A stretch of DNA of 64,000 nucleotides from Podarcis pityusensis (lineage: Eukaryota). The position numbers and the translations under genes were made by a program. The notes beneath the pieces are model-generated. The model did not search any database. It saw nothing but the letters and a program-made list of their open reading frames with translations, and was not told the origin of the DNA. Location of the stretch: NCBI GenBank assembly GCA_964106645.2, contig OZ067039.1, one strand, 5' to 3'. Of the stretch, positions 13,878 through 26,352 are shown piece by piece; the stretch's first letter is position 1, and every line of letters starts with the position of its first letter.

Positions 13878-14227
13878 AATGGTTCCCTTTCCCCCCCTTG
13901 CAGACCACTTGAAAATTGATGAAGGTCTTGGAGGACCACTTGATATTTTTTCTGCCTGTTGTAGCAATTGTAGTGTGCAGTGCCAGGTGCTATATGATTT
14001 TTAATTGTATTTTTATCGATTACTGATTCTTATATACTGTATTTTATAGTATTACACTTTGAGTCCCATATGATTTGAATTACAATTGTAATTCAACATG
14101 AATATTTAATATGTGATGGATGTGCCATCTCCCGTCTTCAACCACAAATCCATGGGTGCACCAAGGACCACCTCAATGAAGCTTGCAGGCCACTGATGGC
14201 CCGTGAACCACAGTTCGGGAACCCCTG
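13878..14227. mobile_element. Older non-autonomous hAT-type element
   Basis: Ends CAATGGTTCCC ... GGGAACCCCTG are imperfect TIRs, with subterminal GACCAC motifs and an AT-rich interior. Confidence 0.55.
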
Positions 14228-15865
14228 ATCCAAGATACAATGGTGTTTAAAGATGAAAAGGAGTGCTTATACAAGTCATCCCTGTTGGACATCCACAAGA
14301 AATGCAGGTTGAGCAGAGACTGGTTTGTGGCCTAAGACAAGTAGGCTATGAACTAGGCCAGCTTGACTTGCACCTTGAGCAGCTGTTGCTCACTTCACCA
14401 CCTCCACCTGCCCTTGCCCCCACTCCAGGGCCACCAAACTTACCTGGGGCAAAGAAGAAGGAGCCAGTGCAGAAGGCAGCAGGTGCTGCAGCTTCTCAGC
14501 TCTAGGAGCCTTTTTGGACTGAAGAATAGGATAAAAAGATATTTTAAATAAAATAGGTAAGCAAATATTTCACTATTCAAAACTACAAGAAAGTAGTAAT
14601 TACAGCCAGTTCCCCACTCCCAGCAAGAATAGAAACTTACATTAAAGGGTGATTAAGGAAGCTAACAGGGGAAATTAATGGGCCATCCTTCATTAATCCC
14701 ACTGCCCTGCTCAACAGAAAGCAATAAAAGGGTGGAACCAGTATGTAGGAAAGTTTTAATCAAAGGTGCAGGAGTTCTGAAAAGCCTCAATAGCACTTTG
14801 CCTGTTCACACTGGACAGGCCAGCACTGCAACTGTCTTTGTAATATTTTTTAATGCCACAGATCAGGTCTGAAAAAAAACAGGAAGAAGCGTAGTCCAAC
14901 ACAGAAAACACTGGAATACAACTGCTTTCCACAGAAGTTGTCTGGATTCTCCATAAATGTGAATGAACAAATTTCAGACCAAAGGGAAATAGCCTGGCCT
15001 CATCTGAAATAAAACCATTCAGCTTAATTTTTGCTCACAAGAAATGCAAGTTGAGTCCAATGGGACTTGCTCCCAGGATTGAAGTTTAAATGATCCTGGT
15101 GATTTCCTGGCCCCAGTCTCTAATCTAGTTTCTCACTCTGCATCATTTTTTTCATTGCTGTCTCTTCTTGAAGTCCATTACCAAGGCCTCCATGGTGGAT
15201 GGCAGTAAGACAACCCAACCTGTGCTAGAGATTGCTAACAAAATGACCCTCCATATACAACCCATTGCAAACATTACCTTAAGAGATGAGAGAGTAGTCA
15301 TGCGAACTGGCTCTAAGAGAGCAAAGATAGGACTTTTGTACACCTTTGGAAAAAAATGCAGTTTGCCTTTTGCACTGAGATCAACAACTAGATCCTGATA
15401 GCATGAAAGTGATACCAAACACTGTACATTCAGGAGCGTTTATAAAATAATTACTCCCCTTCCTTAAACAAAAATAATATAAGAGTATACTGTACAGGGA
15501 AGGCAATTCTGTGTAACCTGAGCAACTTCCTCACCCACAGCTTTATCTGGATTTTTCACTTTCTTCTGGAATTCTGCTACTTTGATAGGTTTCAGAAGCC
15601 ACAAGCTCCAACAGTGAGTCAAGTCTGGTATGGTAAACACTCGTCTATAGCAATGGTCTCTTAACTTCCTAGTTTCAGCAGCCTCTTTCCCATGTTAGCT
15701 TGTCTGCAGGCTTTCATGATTGCCTCCTGTTAAGAGTGAGAACACACCTAATTGTCTCCTGTAGCTGCGCATTACAAGGGAAGATTTGGAATTGTGGGCA
15801 GAATGCCTGTAGAGAAAGCTTGCCCATCTTTCTGGAACCTTTCCCATGGTAGAACAGCGAAGAAG

Positions 15866-15982
15866 AGCCCTAGCTCAATGGTACAGAACACTTAAAACCC
15901 TGGAGAGTCAGCATAGACAATACTGTACTGAGTTAGATGGACCAGTGGTTTGAATAGGTATCAGGAAGCTTCCTTTGTTCCT
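15866..15982 (+). mobile_element. Internally deleted tRNA-headed SINE with CR1-like tail (Squam2-like, name tentative)
   Basis: TAGCTCAATGGTACAG A-box head, then AGACAATACTG..GAGTTAGATGGACCAGTGGT...GGAAGCTTCCTTTGTTCC tail. Related copies lie at about 29008-29252, 33463-33575 and 44455-44520. Confidence 0.65.
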
Positions 15983-16419
15983 TACCCCTTCTGGGGAAAA
16001 AACCCTAGTTTTCCTGAACACAAGTCTGAAAACCCCTGACTTCGGGGTAGTGATTTCTGTGCCAACCACCCACATACATGCCCTCAGAACAGAAAAGGAG
16101 TTCTTGTCCATGCTCTTGTTTGCAAGGTTCTTTTGCAGGATATATTATTCTATGAATAGTGGCAATGGCCATTTGTAGACTAATGTAGACCCCAACCTCT
16201 TTCACCGCGGTATCCGCACTCCCAACTGGAGTTGTTCTTACATCCAAGGCTAACAGGGAAGGAATTCTGAGCCCTTGGTTAAATTATGCAAAGTTGTTGA
16301 AGCAAATGACACCAGTAGGGCTACTTAACCCACCAAGAGCGCATAAATGCTACAAGGCACCATGTCAGATTGATGTGGCATCTACAACACAGGAGATTTC
16401 ATTCAGTTGAAGTTAGTTA

Positions 16420-16880
16420 GCGGTTTTAAATTTGAATATCCCAGCCCTACGGCCATATGCTCTCAGGGCAGCTAGCGCTCAGATAAAAGCGATTAACACA
16501 GCAGAAGTGTTTTATTAAAAAAAAATTAAATTAGCAGGAAAAGTTAAAAACAAACAAACCACACATGCAAATCTTGCAGCAGTATAACACCCAATTTAGC
16601 TAATGTTTCGAAAGAACCTGGAAAATTAAGAAGGCAGCATTAAAAAGACACATAAAAGTAGGTGCCAGCTAAGTCCATGATGTGGTGCCACAGGCAGGAA
16701 GACCCTCTCCCTTAGTTGACACACACGTAGCTTCAGAAGGCGAGGGCAATTAGAGAAAAGCCTCTGATGCTTATCTTCACAGGCAGGCATGTACATGTGG
16801 GAAAAGGCAGTCTTTTAGGTAACCGGCTCCCAAACCCTGTGGAGCTCTAAAGTTAAGTACCAGCACCTTGAATTGTACAG
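16420..16880 (-). mobile_element. L2 LINE 3' fragment
   Basis: Minus strand translates QFKVLVLNFRAPQGLGAGYLKDCLFP, the typical L2 ORF2 C-terminal motif, followed by an AT-rich 3' tail. Confidence 0.75.
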
Positions 16881-17083
16881 AACTGTTCCAAAACTGGCAA
16901 GACCCGTTCCCTTGAGCCAGTCCCAGTTAACAGCCTAGAGACGTTTCCTTTGTGTCCTTTCCGAATTTCAGAGCTTTCTTGTTGTTAGGAGGAAATGATA
17001 AGAATAAAAGAGGGTGAGGCCCCCTTAGAGAAGCCTCAGCTGTGGCCTGGGAATAATTTTCAGCATTATTTTGGCCAGGCAAT

Positions 17084-17084
<1 letters not shown>

Positions 17085-17129
<45 letters not shown>

Positions 17130-17140
17130 GATAGATAGAG
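17085..17140. repeat. (GATA)n microsatellite
   Basis: Direct tandem TAGA/GATA units. Confidence 0.95.
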
Positions 17141-18167
17141 AGATCAAAAAGCACTGAATACAGATAATTGTGCTAATTGCATGCACAAAGCACTCGGCTC
17201 GCTCTGAGCTGCTTGCTCGCGGCCGGTGTCACTGAACCCACTTCAGCCAGCAATCTCCATGATGAATGAGAAGCGAGCATGATTTCATTGTCTGGCAAGG
17301 TTGAGAGAGGGAGGGAGAAGCGTGCTGTGCTTCCTAGCACCAGAGGCTCTTCCTCAAGTGCATGAGGGACACCCCAGCCCTATGCTAGTGTTGGGGCGGG
17401 GAGGCAAGAGGGAGGAAGGGAAGAGATGCTGAACATGGAAGTAGGAAACAGCACCAAGCAACAGCACATGCATGAGCTTGCATCAAGGTGGCCAACCACT
17501 ACAGTTAATTAATTAGATTAAGCAAAAACAGGCTACAATATATTTATCCCATAGAGCCCAAAGCTCTTCAACATCTTTCCAGAAAGACCCTCAAAGGGCC
17601 TCCTCTGGTCAGCAGGGGTTAAGAGTGGATGTTGTTCTTTAGGCTGCTGCATAGAAATATTCTCAAGTCAGCCCTAATTGTGTTCTCCCACCAACTGAGC
17701 ATACTTTGGGCTCTCTCCTGCTTTAGCTTAGCAGGAGGCACATTCCACAATACAGGCTGTACTAAACCCCAGAAAGGAGGGAGCCTATTGCAAAAGGTTT
17801 TTTGTTTTTTTTAAGGCTCATATTAGTTGCACAAACAGTCTAAACTGGCAGAGAATCTATCAATTAACCTAGAAGAAGGTTTCGCGGCTACTATCAGAGT
17901 TCTAGAAAAATGCAGTTGATAGAATCTAAGCCTGTGATCAAACCAATGTTCTTTCTAGTCCAGAGTTCTTCAGAACCCAGACTGCATCTCTTCCAATGCA
18001 TGAATCAAGCAGCCAACCAGTCTTTTCAGACAGACAGACAGACAGACAGACAGAGAGCACAGTCCCAAGAATAAAGCATGCTTGAACTTAAATGGATGAA
18101 CATTTGTTTTGAAAAGGAAGGAGAAACCAGCACAGCAAACAAGAAAATAATAAAAAATGAGCACTCA

Positions 18168-18486
18168 GGGCTTATCTACAACTTACCTTTTGCCCTGCAC
18201 TTTCTAGGCATAGGTCTGCGCTATAAAGCTCCATGTCTCAGTGTTTATGGGGGAGAGGGGCTTGTCCCACTGCTTTATCCAGGAAGACCTTCTATTTAAC
18301 ACTGAATAGGAACAAACTGAAATTTGGTTTTTTGGTGGATTGCTGTTTGCTCTGATTCAGCAGGAAAGAGCATGTTTTTGCAGGAAAAGTGTTGTGGCAA
18401 AAAAGAAAAAAAGCACTGGGACAAAGTGCTTTAAAGCGCAGGCCTGTGCCTAAAAACACAGCACGAAAGGAAGTTTGGATGAGCCC
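18168..18486. mobile_element. PIF/Harbinger-type MITE
   Basis: TIRs GGGCTTATCTACAACTTACCTTT versus reverse complement GGGCTCATCCAAACTTCCTTT, with a 3-bp TSD TCA (18165-18167, 18487-18489). Confidence 0.75.
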
Positions 18487-19540
18487 TCAGTGCAATTCAG
18501 AAACTGAGCCTTCTCCTTTAATTCTAACCATATGTCTTTTGCACCTGGTTGTTTGGCAGATCTTGAGGTTCTAGTAAAACAAAAATGAGGCAGATCCCAA
18601 AAACCTGCCCCCCACCCCCAGTTAGAATACCAATAACAGCTCAAATTGCATCCTCTTGTACAAGATATATTTTGCCATGCAAGGCCCAAACAAATTATTA
18701 GGTGCGACTTTTGAAATGTTAATGAGCTAGCTCAGTCATTGTCAATGCTCCCAGTGAGTCTGGAAGTTGAACAATGGGAGACAGAACCATCCTTCCTGAA
18801 CCCAGTAGGAAGCCTGCATCTACTGAGGTTTCCCTCAACCCCTTTAAAAATAGAGAAACAGCTAAAGAAATGCCCGAGAAAATATTGATTATGATGTGCA
18901 AGTTTTTTGCACACATCATCATAAGCAGCAGGGCACAATTTGTGTCAACAGTTTTCCCCTGGGAGATTCCTTCAACATACTGGGTGGCTCACCTAGAGAT
19001 TTGCATTTGGAAAGCACAATACTAGGCTGGAATTGTAAGAAGCATGTGCATACATATGCTATATCATAAGATTCATCACCATCAGATATTTAAAACCTTC
19101 TAACAGCTTGCATAACTATAACAAATGTTGCTCAAAGGAATTATTTGGGTTCGAAGAAAATCCCTGGAAAAAAATTCAGGGGGTGTATCTTTCACATGCT
19201 ACAGGAAGGGCCAAATAAAGGGACAACTTCCTGTCTATGCACACTTGTGCAATACCATCATTACAGCAATGAATACTGCTAGGAACTGGCTCCCTGAAGC
19301 AACAAATGGGAAAACCCCAAGCCAGAAACTGGCTTGCAGTTTGCTCCATGTCCTCACATGCAACAAACACGTTGGGCGAAAGGGTGTGGGAGATTGGTGT
19401 GATAAGGCAGCAAAATGAGATGTTCTTTGAGCTTACCACATGCAAATACTTGTAACTGGGAAACTGCTAGTCCTATTCTGGCTACCTGCACAGATCTGTT
19501 ACTGTTCCTTGGTCCCAAAATCAGCCTTCTCGCTAGCCCT

Positions 19541-19666
19541 GAAATGAGGAACCTATGGCTAGTGGGCTACACCTCCCATCCTCCCTGAGTACTGGCCATG
19601 CTGTCTCGGGCTGATGGGAGTTGGGAGTCCAGCAACATCTAGGGGGTCACAGGTTCCCCACTACCA
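19541..19666. mobile_element. Palindromic hAT-type MITE copy
   Basis: CTACACCTCCCATC...GATGGGAGTTGGGAGTCCAGCAACATCT core with GGAACC/GGTTCC ends. Confidence 0.7.
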
Positions 19667-19947
19667 GCTTAAGCTCTTGCCAATGCACTGCTACATTGAT
19701 ATCCATGGCTCCCGATTTATTTGTTCTCTCTAGTCCCTGGTCTGCCAATGCATCAACACTGCTATTGTAACCTAACCCACTACCACACTGCAAGCTCCCA
19801 CAGAACCAGTTTCATCAGATGCACGAAGTGCTCAACAATGTGGGTAGGATACCTTAATTATACCTAGACAGCAGATAAAAGAAGGGAGGAAATTTTGTAA
19901 GCTGTTCCAGAAGGGCAGCTATGAAAATGTCTTGCAACAAGACAACA

Positions 19948-20238
19948 GAATCCTGCAGCATCTTTAAGGGCCAATGAATTTATTCTGACATCCAGCTTTT
20001 GTGCTTCAGAGCCCACTCCAAGTTTGGCAGAAGCTAGAATCCAACAAGCACCTGGCCTGCAGAGCAGAAAAGGTTCGCCATCCCTGGACTAGAGGAAATA
20101 CTGTTATGTGGCATCATCCATTCAGGTGATGACATCTTGTATCTGATGAAGTGGGTGCTGACACACACACAAAGGTTTATGCCACAGTAAAGTCACTAGT
20201 TCTTGAGGTGCCACACATGACTCTTTGTTGTGTTTGCA
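19948..20238. mobile_element. Penelope-like element terminal relics in inverted arrangement
   Basis: ATCTGATGAAGTGGG...AAAGGTTTATGCC...GAGGTGCCAC at 20141-20215 and its degenerate complement at about 19948-20018 resemble reptile Penelope termini. Confidence 0.55.
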
Positions 20239-22591
20239 GAAACAAAACAAACCTCTGAAGTTTCATCTGTTCTACAGTCTCTCCTATAGACTAAAGCAAT
20301 CTACTCGGCATGCAAGAATAGGCTTTTCAGTGCTCTGAGAATTGCTGCAGCAATTGGGTATGTAATAGTGGAGATAAAGAATGCTATTGTCTTCACCCGC
20401 TGCATAGACATGAGCATCAACACTTCCTTCTCAGCTGAAGCTGGAAATACAGAGTAGTTACCTTAAACCTGCTCTGACCGCGATTTAATGGGAGCGGCCC
20501 TTTCACAGTAGACTTTGCAATGAGCAAATATCTTCCACGCGAAGGCCAGGCCTTTGGAACCTGGGTTGTTAGCTCTGGTCTATGCCCACGAATCTCTCAT
20601 GAAGCTGTGCCAGCTCTTGAGGCCCTTTGCCTCAAAGGTACGGATTAAGTAGTATAGTGAGTTTCACAACCACCACGGGGCTCTGCTGTTTTTGTAAGCT
20701 CAAGGGAAACTACCCAGTTTATAAATCAAGGAAGACTGCAAGAATGGGCCACCAGTGTTGAACAATGCCAGCATTATGGAATACCAAGACAAATCTGCTT
20801 AACAACAATAGTCCTAAAATGGAGGTTGTGGGCTGGGTAAGCTCTTAGTTCAGCAGGATGGAGTAGGAGGGGGTACGATAGTTCTCTGAAGGTTTTGTGT
20901 AATAGTAAGGCCTGAGTCTTGAACCCTTCAAAACAAAAGTTCTTCTCACTTAAGAATCAGAAGCTGAATTTAGAAGCCCTCAGAGTGTCTTCTGCAGACC
21001 CTGTGAAAGTGATGTAGTGTCCAACTAACTTATTCTGTCACTGCAAAGATTTATGCTCACACATTAAAACTTCCCCCCTTCTCCTTGCCCTGCACACACC
21101 CCGTGCTCTCCCCAAATCTGCTCCAGAGAGTTGGGGAAGTCCCCAGAACTGATTTAGGGGACATGTACAGGGGGAGCAGATGGGGGGATTTCCACTGCTC
21201 AAGTTGAAATCCTTGCACTGATGGAATGAGTTAGTTGTTCTTAAGTGTTTTGCTTCAAAAACAATAGCTACGTAAATCACACAACAGTTCTGATGACAAA
21301 AAGGCTGGTAGAGCCTCTAACTGTGGATTTCTTGGGATAGTTGGTCTGGAAACAGTTTTAATACTTGAGGCACGTATTCATGGTCAGCTAACATGCATTA
21401 GTGATCATTCTAATACCTTTCAATTGGTCTATGACACTTACAATCTTGGTGTGGAATTCAACATCATGCTCTTCCAGTCATTCCACTTGCACAAACATTT
21501 CAGTTTCCCAGAAGGCATAACCTCCCCTCTCCTTACTCCATGTGCTGCTCTGGGGGTTCTCCCAACACCCCCCTGAGTCAATCTGGTGGACACAGATGGG
21601 GGTGGAAGACATGTTGCACAAGCGGAAATCCTTACACAGGGTTTCTATTTATGGGACTTGGTTAGGTGAATTCCATCCCATCCCTGGTTACTGAGGAGTT
21701 GTAAAAAATGGTGGCTTTTCTACTGGGGGTTCTAATCTGCATGAGTGATTATGATCTTAAGTTCTGGGGTGGTAGTTTTTCTGATTAAATAGTAGGGGAT
21801 ATAAAAAAGGTGATTTGGTATATGTTGTACTGGGAAAACTGAACCAAAACTCAAAATACAAAAGTGAGTTTGCTCAGAGAAGGACCCCTCTCTCCCCAGC
21901 TACAGTCTTAGGTCACTGGCACATGTTTAATTTGTCCAGCTGGCCATTTGGAACAAGTAAAAGGTCTTTAACAAGCTCCTGTGAACAGTGAGAAGCATAG
22001 ACAGGAATGTCAACTCAGGACAAAAAACTCCTCCTGCGTAATTCATTCCATCTCTGAAATAGTCTAACTTAGTGGCACCTCCAAGCTAGATGTGTAAAGT
22101 TATGGCAGACTGGGGGGGAGGGGGTGTGGGAAGAGAGAAGGAAAAGGTGTAAGAGATAATTGCTCATCTCTTAGAGATATGCACATCAACCCAGCCAAGG
22201 TGTTAAGCACACAGCTTCAGATTTCCTTGCTGGATCAAGAACTTCACAAACAGAATGAATCCAGATACACATCTGCATTGAAATGCTTATAAGATGTAAG
22301 AAATCCATTATGGGTTCCCCATTTGTATTACAGTGCAGGTGGAAGCACGTATTTCCACCTGTACTTCAATGTGGATGGGAATGCACATCTCCAGCTACTT
22401 TCTCAGTGAATGTGTACATGGTTGCATAGGAGTGCATCTTAACTAGGAATATGGTCTGTATTGTGGTTTCTAACTCTGAGTTTTCTGTCAACCAAATTAA
22501 TGATTTCCCAGGCATGGTACAAGAAAAAGGGATTTTCAGAGTGTTGTGAGAAGTTTCCTCTTATTATATATCAGGCAATAAACCAACCCTA

Positions 22592-22933
22592 GGTGGGTGG
22601 CGCTGTGGTCTAAACCACAGAGCCTAGGGCTTGCCGATGAGAAGGTCGGTGGTTCGAATCCCCGTGACAGGGTGAGCTCCCGATATTTGGTCCCAACTCC
22701 TGCCCCACCTAGCAGTTCGAAAGCACATCAAAGTGCAAGTAAATAGGCGGGAAGGTAAACGGCGTTTCCATGTATTGCTCTGGTTTGCCAGAAGCAGCTT
22801 AGTCATGCTGGCCACATGACCCAGAAGCTGTCTGTGGAAAAACACCGGCTCCCTCGGCTTATAGAGCGAGATGAGCGCGCAACCCCAGAGTCGTCCGCAA
22901 CTGGTCCTAACGGTCAGGGTACCTTTACCTTTA
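22592..22933 (+). mobile_element. Sauria SINE (Squam1/POM-type), near full length
   Basis: GGTGGCGCTGTGG A box, GGTTCGAATCCC B box, CACCTAGCAGTTCGAAAGCAC and GTCATGCTGGCCACATGACC core, and an (ACCTTT)n tail. Confidence 0.93.
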
Positions 22934-23295
22934 GGCACACAGGGGTCTCCACTAAGTTTCTTGTGCTCCATTTGTCATCCACCACTGCCAAAGAGAGCAG
23001 AGTCTTTTGCACCAAATTCATATGTACAGCAGTTTGCATCTTCCTCCAAAGCAACTTCAGAACCCTGATCAAAACTTGGCTGACCTCTTCCTTCCCCTGG
23101 AGTATTGGGTTAAAACAGGCTAAAACAGGGAACACTGCTGAGAATCAGCAGCTGCCTCTGCGCATTTCAGCTGCAAAACTCTGGGTGGGAAGAGGCTTTG
23201 CTGAATGTTTAAAGCAAACACTTCTTTGCTCTTGGCATGGAATCCCATTGAGACAGGGCCAAGGAGGATGGGAACTCCAGGCAAACTGCCTCATA

Positions 23296-23495
23296 NNNNN
23301 NNNNNNNNNNNNNNNNNNNNNNNNNNNNNNNNNNNNNNNNNNNNNNNNNNNNNNNNNNNNNNNNNNNNNNNNNNNNNNNNNNNNNNNNNNNNNNNNNNNN
23401 NNNNNNNNNNNNNNNNNNNNNNNNNNNNNNNNNNNNNNNNNNNNNNNNNNNNNNNNNNNNNNNNNNNNNNNNNNNNNNNNNNNNNNNNNNNNNNN
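23296..23495. other. Assembly gap (200 N)
   Basis: Run of 200 N, flanked on the right by a (GT)n(GA)n microsatellite. Confidence 1.
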
Positions 23496-23507
23496 GGTGT
23501 GTTTGTT

Positions 23508-23561
<54 letters not shown>
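23508..23561. repeat. Compound (GT)n(GA)n microsatellite
   Basis: Seen directly beside the gap. Confidence 0.95.
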
Positions 23562-23562
<1 letters not shown>

Positions 23563-25394
23563 ATGTGTATTATGCTTCTACTTTCTGCCATGTGTTGTCT
23601 TAGCTGGAAATGGAACTCACACAAAGCTCGCTGCACTTTACCGGGTAGAGATGCACAAGCTCCACAGATTCCCACAAGAGAGAAGCAGCAGCGCCAATCA
23701 GTTAGGTATCTGCTTTTATGTCATATAGCATATTGTGTGAAAAAAAGTTTAACATTCCACATGGATTAAAAAAGGAAGGAGAAAAGTTAAAATAATCACA
23801 GTGCAAAACAGGAAGCCTACATTTCCTAGTGGAAGGTTGCTTATGGGAAAGAACTGCTTCAGAGATGATGCAAAGACAACACAGGCCCCTGGGGAGCTTG
23901 AGCTTCCTAATTATTTGTTTTGATTTTACATCACATATCTGCAAGAGATTAGTTCTTGTATTAATTCATTGTAGTAATAATTACGGGCCTCGGTCTGCAT
24001 GCATCAAAATAAGTGAGTCGCTCATGGACTACATCCATCCACAGCTGCTAGCTATGTTTTCTGGGGGGGGGGGGGGACTCCTTTGCCTTTAACACCTGCA
24101 TGAAAAGTGCAAATTCAGCACGCAAAGCTGCACAGAAATACAGTAAGGGGGGGATCTTCACCTGTCTGGCTTCTGCGAGCACACTTCATTTACCAACTAC
24201 ATAGCCTTAAGAAAGTTGATGACGAAATGTAGTTTTTCATCTATCAGCACCAATAAGTGAGGTGCCTGGGACCTTTAAAATAACGTGGGACTACGCTGGC
24301 CCATCCCTTCAGTAAATATGGCTCTATCAACAGTCCTCATCTCCAAAGGAATATCTGCTTTTATAACACTCCTGAATTCTTGAGGTATTTTACACCCAGG
24401 AAGCAATAACAGAGCATAACCCTGAAAAGAAAGCTCACTCACCCAGTATGCATGTCACTGCAAGCCACAGTTAATGGTTTACCATAGGGGTGGGGAACCT
24501 CAGGCCTGGGGCTAAATGACGCCCTCCAGGCTTCTCCATCTATCCCTTCCAACTCTCTCCAGTCCACCACCCCCCCAAGTGTTTCTTTCTGGCTGGAATG
24601 TGTCCTTGAACTCTGGCCATGCCTCTTGCTTTTCTAGGCAGAGAACAGAGGGGTGTGGGGCATGTGTGTAGAAATTAGTATACTGTAAAAGGTAAAATTT
24701 ACACTCATTGCTCTGCCTGCTTTTGCTCTGGCCCCACTGACCCCTGGCACATGGCCCCCAGAAGATTACACAGAAGGATAGTGGCCCTTTGGCTATAAGC
24801 ATGAATGCAGAGATCACTCATTTCATTCCTCTCCTAGTGAGAGCGGCAAATCATGACCCTTGGCTTACTGCTACCTCTGAACTGGGGATCATGGTTGGTT
24901 TCACTCAAACTACAATGAGGAAGCCAAGAACAAACCTTGGCTTCATATTGTAGCTTATCTGGAGTGACGCAAACTGCAATACCCAGGTTGGATGTAGCGT
25001 CAAGTCAGGAATCGTGGCTTGTAGCTCCTGCTCTTGCTGAAGGAGCAGTGAAGCTCTCTCACCTTCTTAATTTGCTGGGTCATTGCCATATGCCAAGAAG
25101 GGGAGAGGAAAGGGTAGCGGGAGCTTGGCATGGTGCAGGCACAACATGGATGTGGCATCAACTTGGCTCCACAGCACACCGAGTTCCCACTGCCTTCCCT
25201 CTGTCTCGGGAAGTGGCAGTGACCTGGCACATTCATAAGGTGGGAGAACAGTGCAGCCCCACTGGTTACTAATGGCTCATGGTAAACCATTAACTCTGGT
25301 TTGTTGTGATGTGCAGATTCAGTCAGTGTGCCTGAATTCACCACAAGGCACCCCTGAACTCCCCACCGGCTTGAACTCTGGGGTTTTTCATAGA

Positions 25395-25535
25395 AGCATA
25401 GAATCATGCTTCTTTGGAAGGAATCCTAAGGATCATGTAGTCCAACTCCCTGCCATGCAGGAATATGCAGCTGCCTCATACAGGGATTGAACCTGCAACC
25501 TTGGCGGTATCAGCACCCACACTCTTAACCAGCAG
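25395..25535 (-). mobile_element. tRNA-Ile-derived short SINE with CR1-type 3' tail
   Basis: Minus-strand head GGTTAAGAGTGTGGGTGCTGATACCGCCAAGGTTGCAGGTTCAATCCCTGTA resembles tRNA-Ile. The tail GTTGGACTACATGATCC...CCTTCCAA...ATGATTCTATG is CR1-like. Confidence 0.8.
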
Positions 25536-26327
25536 CGTTTGCTTGCTTCCTTTCTTTGTAATGCAGTAAAGCAGGTGGTATTATTTAAAAGACTGATCTT
25601 CAAAATATTAATCACTTAGCACATTTTAATCAACCACTTGCTTTAGTGAAAGGAGTGGAAAGGCATAGAAACGAAAGAATTATTTCCACACTTCCATTTT
25701 TTTAAAAAAATCTGCAGATGGGTGAATGCTAATCTCCTTTGGTTATTATCAGTCATATTAGGTACCTTGGTATGCATGTGACAAAATGGGTAATTCTGTA
25801 CAGGAAATAAAGCCAAGGGAGTTAAGGAGAGGAAAACAGAGGAATACTAATCCAGAATAAAAGATACTCATGAAATCAGCACAAGACTGAATATAGAGGG
25901 TGGGGAGGGCATCCCTGTAGCTGGACACATGGCCAGCACTTCTTACAAACCCTGAGCACCAGAGGGGGAATACAGGGTTAGACATTGGGATTGGGGAGGG
26001 GACCTTTTACCTCTTACAGTTGGTAGCAGACCACTGAGCTTTGAAAGCATCATATATGCCAGCCAACATTGGCAGGGAGACAATAGGCTAAAAGAAGTGC
26101 TGGCAAGAGGAGTCCCTGGATCTTCAGCAACTCAGGATTCTGAAAGCACAGGGAAGGAGAGGAGGGCAGAGGAACAACCTTTTGGCTCTCATGAATGACA
26201 ATGAAAATATGTGGTGCTGCCAGCACCGCCTCAGCTGCCCCATCTCCATAGGGAAGGATCTCATTGTGATGTGTGCAGGATCTTGCTCCCGACTTCAACA
26301 AATACTCCAGAGGCCCTCCCTTTTCCA

Positions 26328-26352
26328 AGCAGCAGCAGCAGCAGCAGCAGCA
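26328..26352. repeat. (CAG)n trinucleotide repeat, intronic
   Basis: About 8 AGC/CAG units; (CTG)n on the transcribed strand. Confidence 0.95.

Noticed and set aside
18389-18574. Peptide CNSETEPS resembling PGC-1beta exon 2 (ENSETEP)
   Set aside because: Wrong strand, inside or next to a Harbinger MITE end, and the flanks do not match; coincidence.
22816-23675. Long ORFs of 238, 176 and 132 aa
   Set aside because: Artefacts of the 200-N gap, the SINE and the microsatellite.
25470-25535. tRNA-Ile gene
   Set aside because: The acceptor stem and 5' end are decayed and it is fused to a CR1 tail, so it is a SINE head rather than a tRNA.
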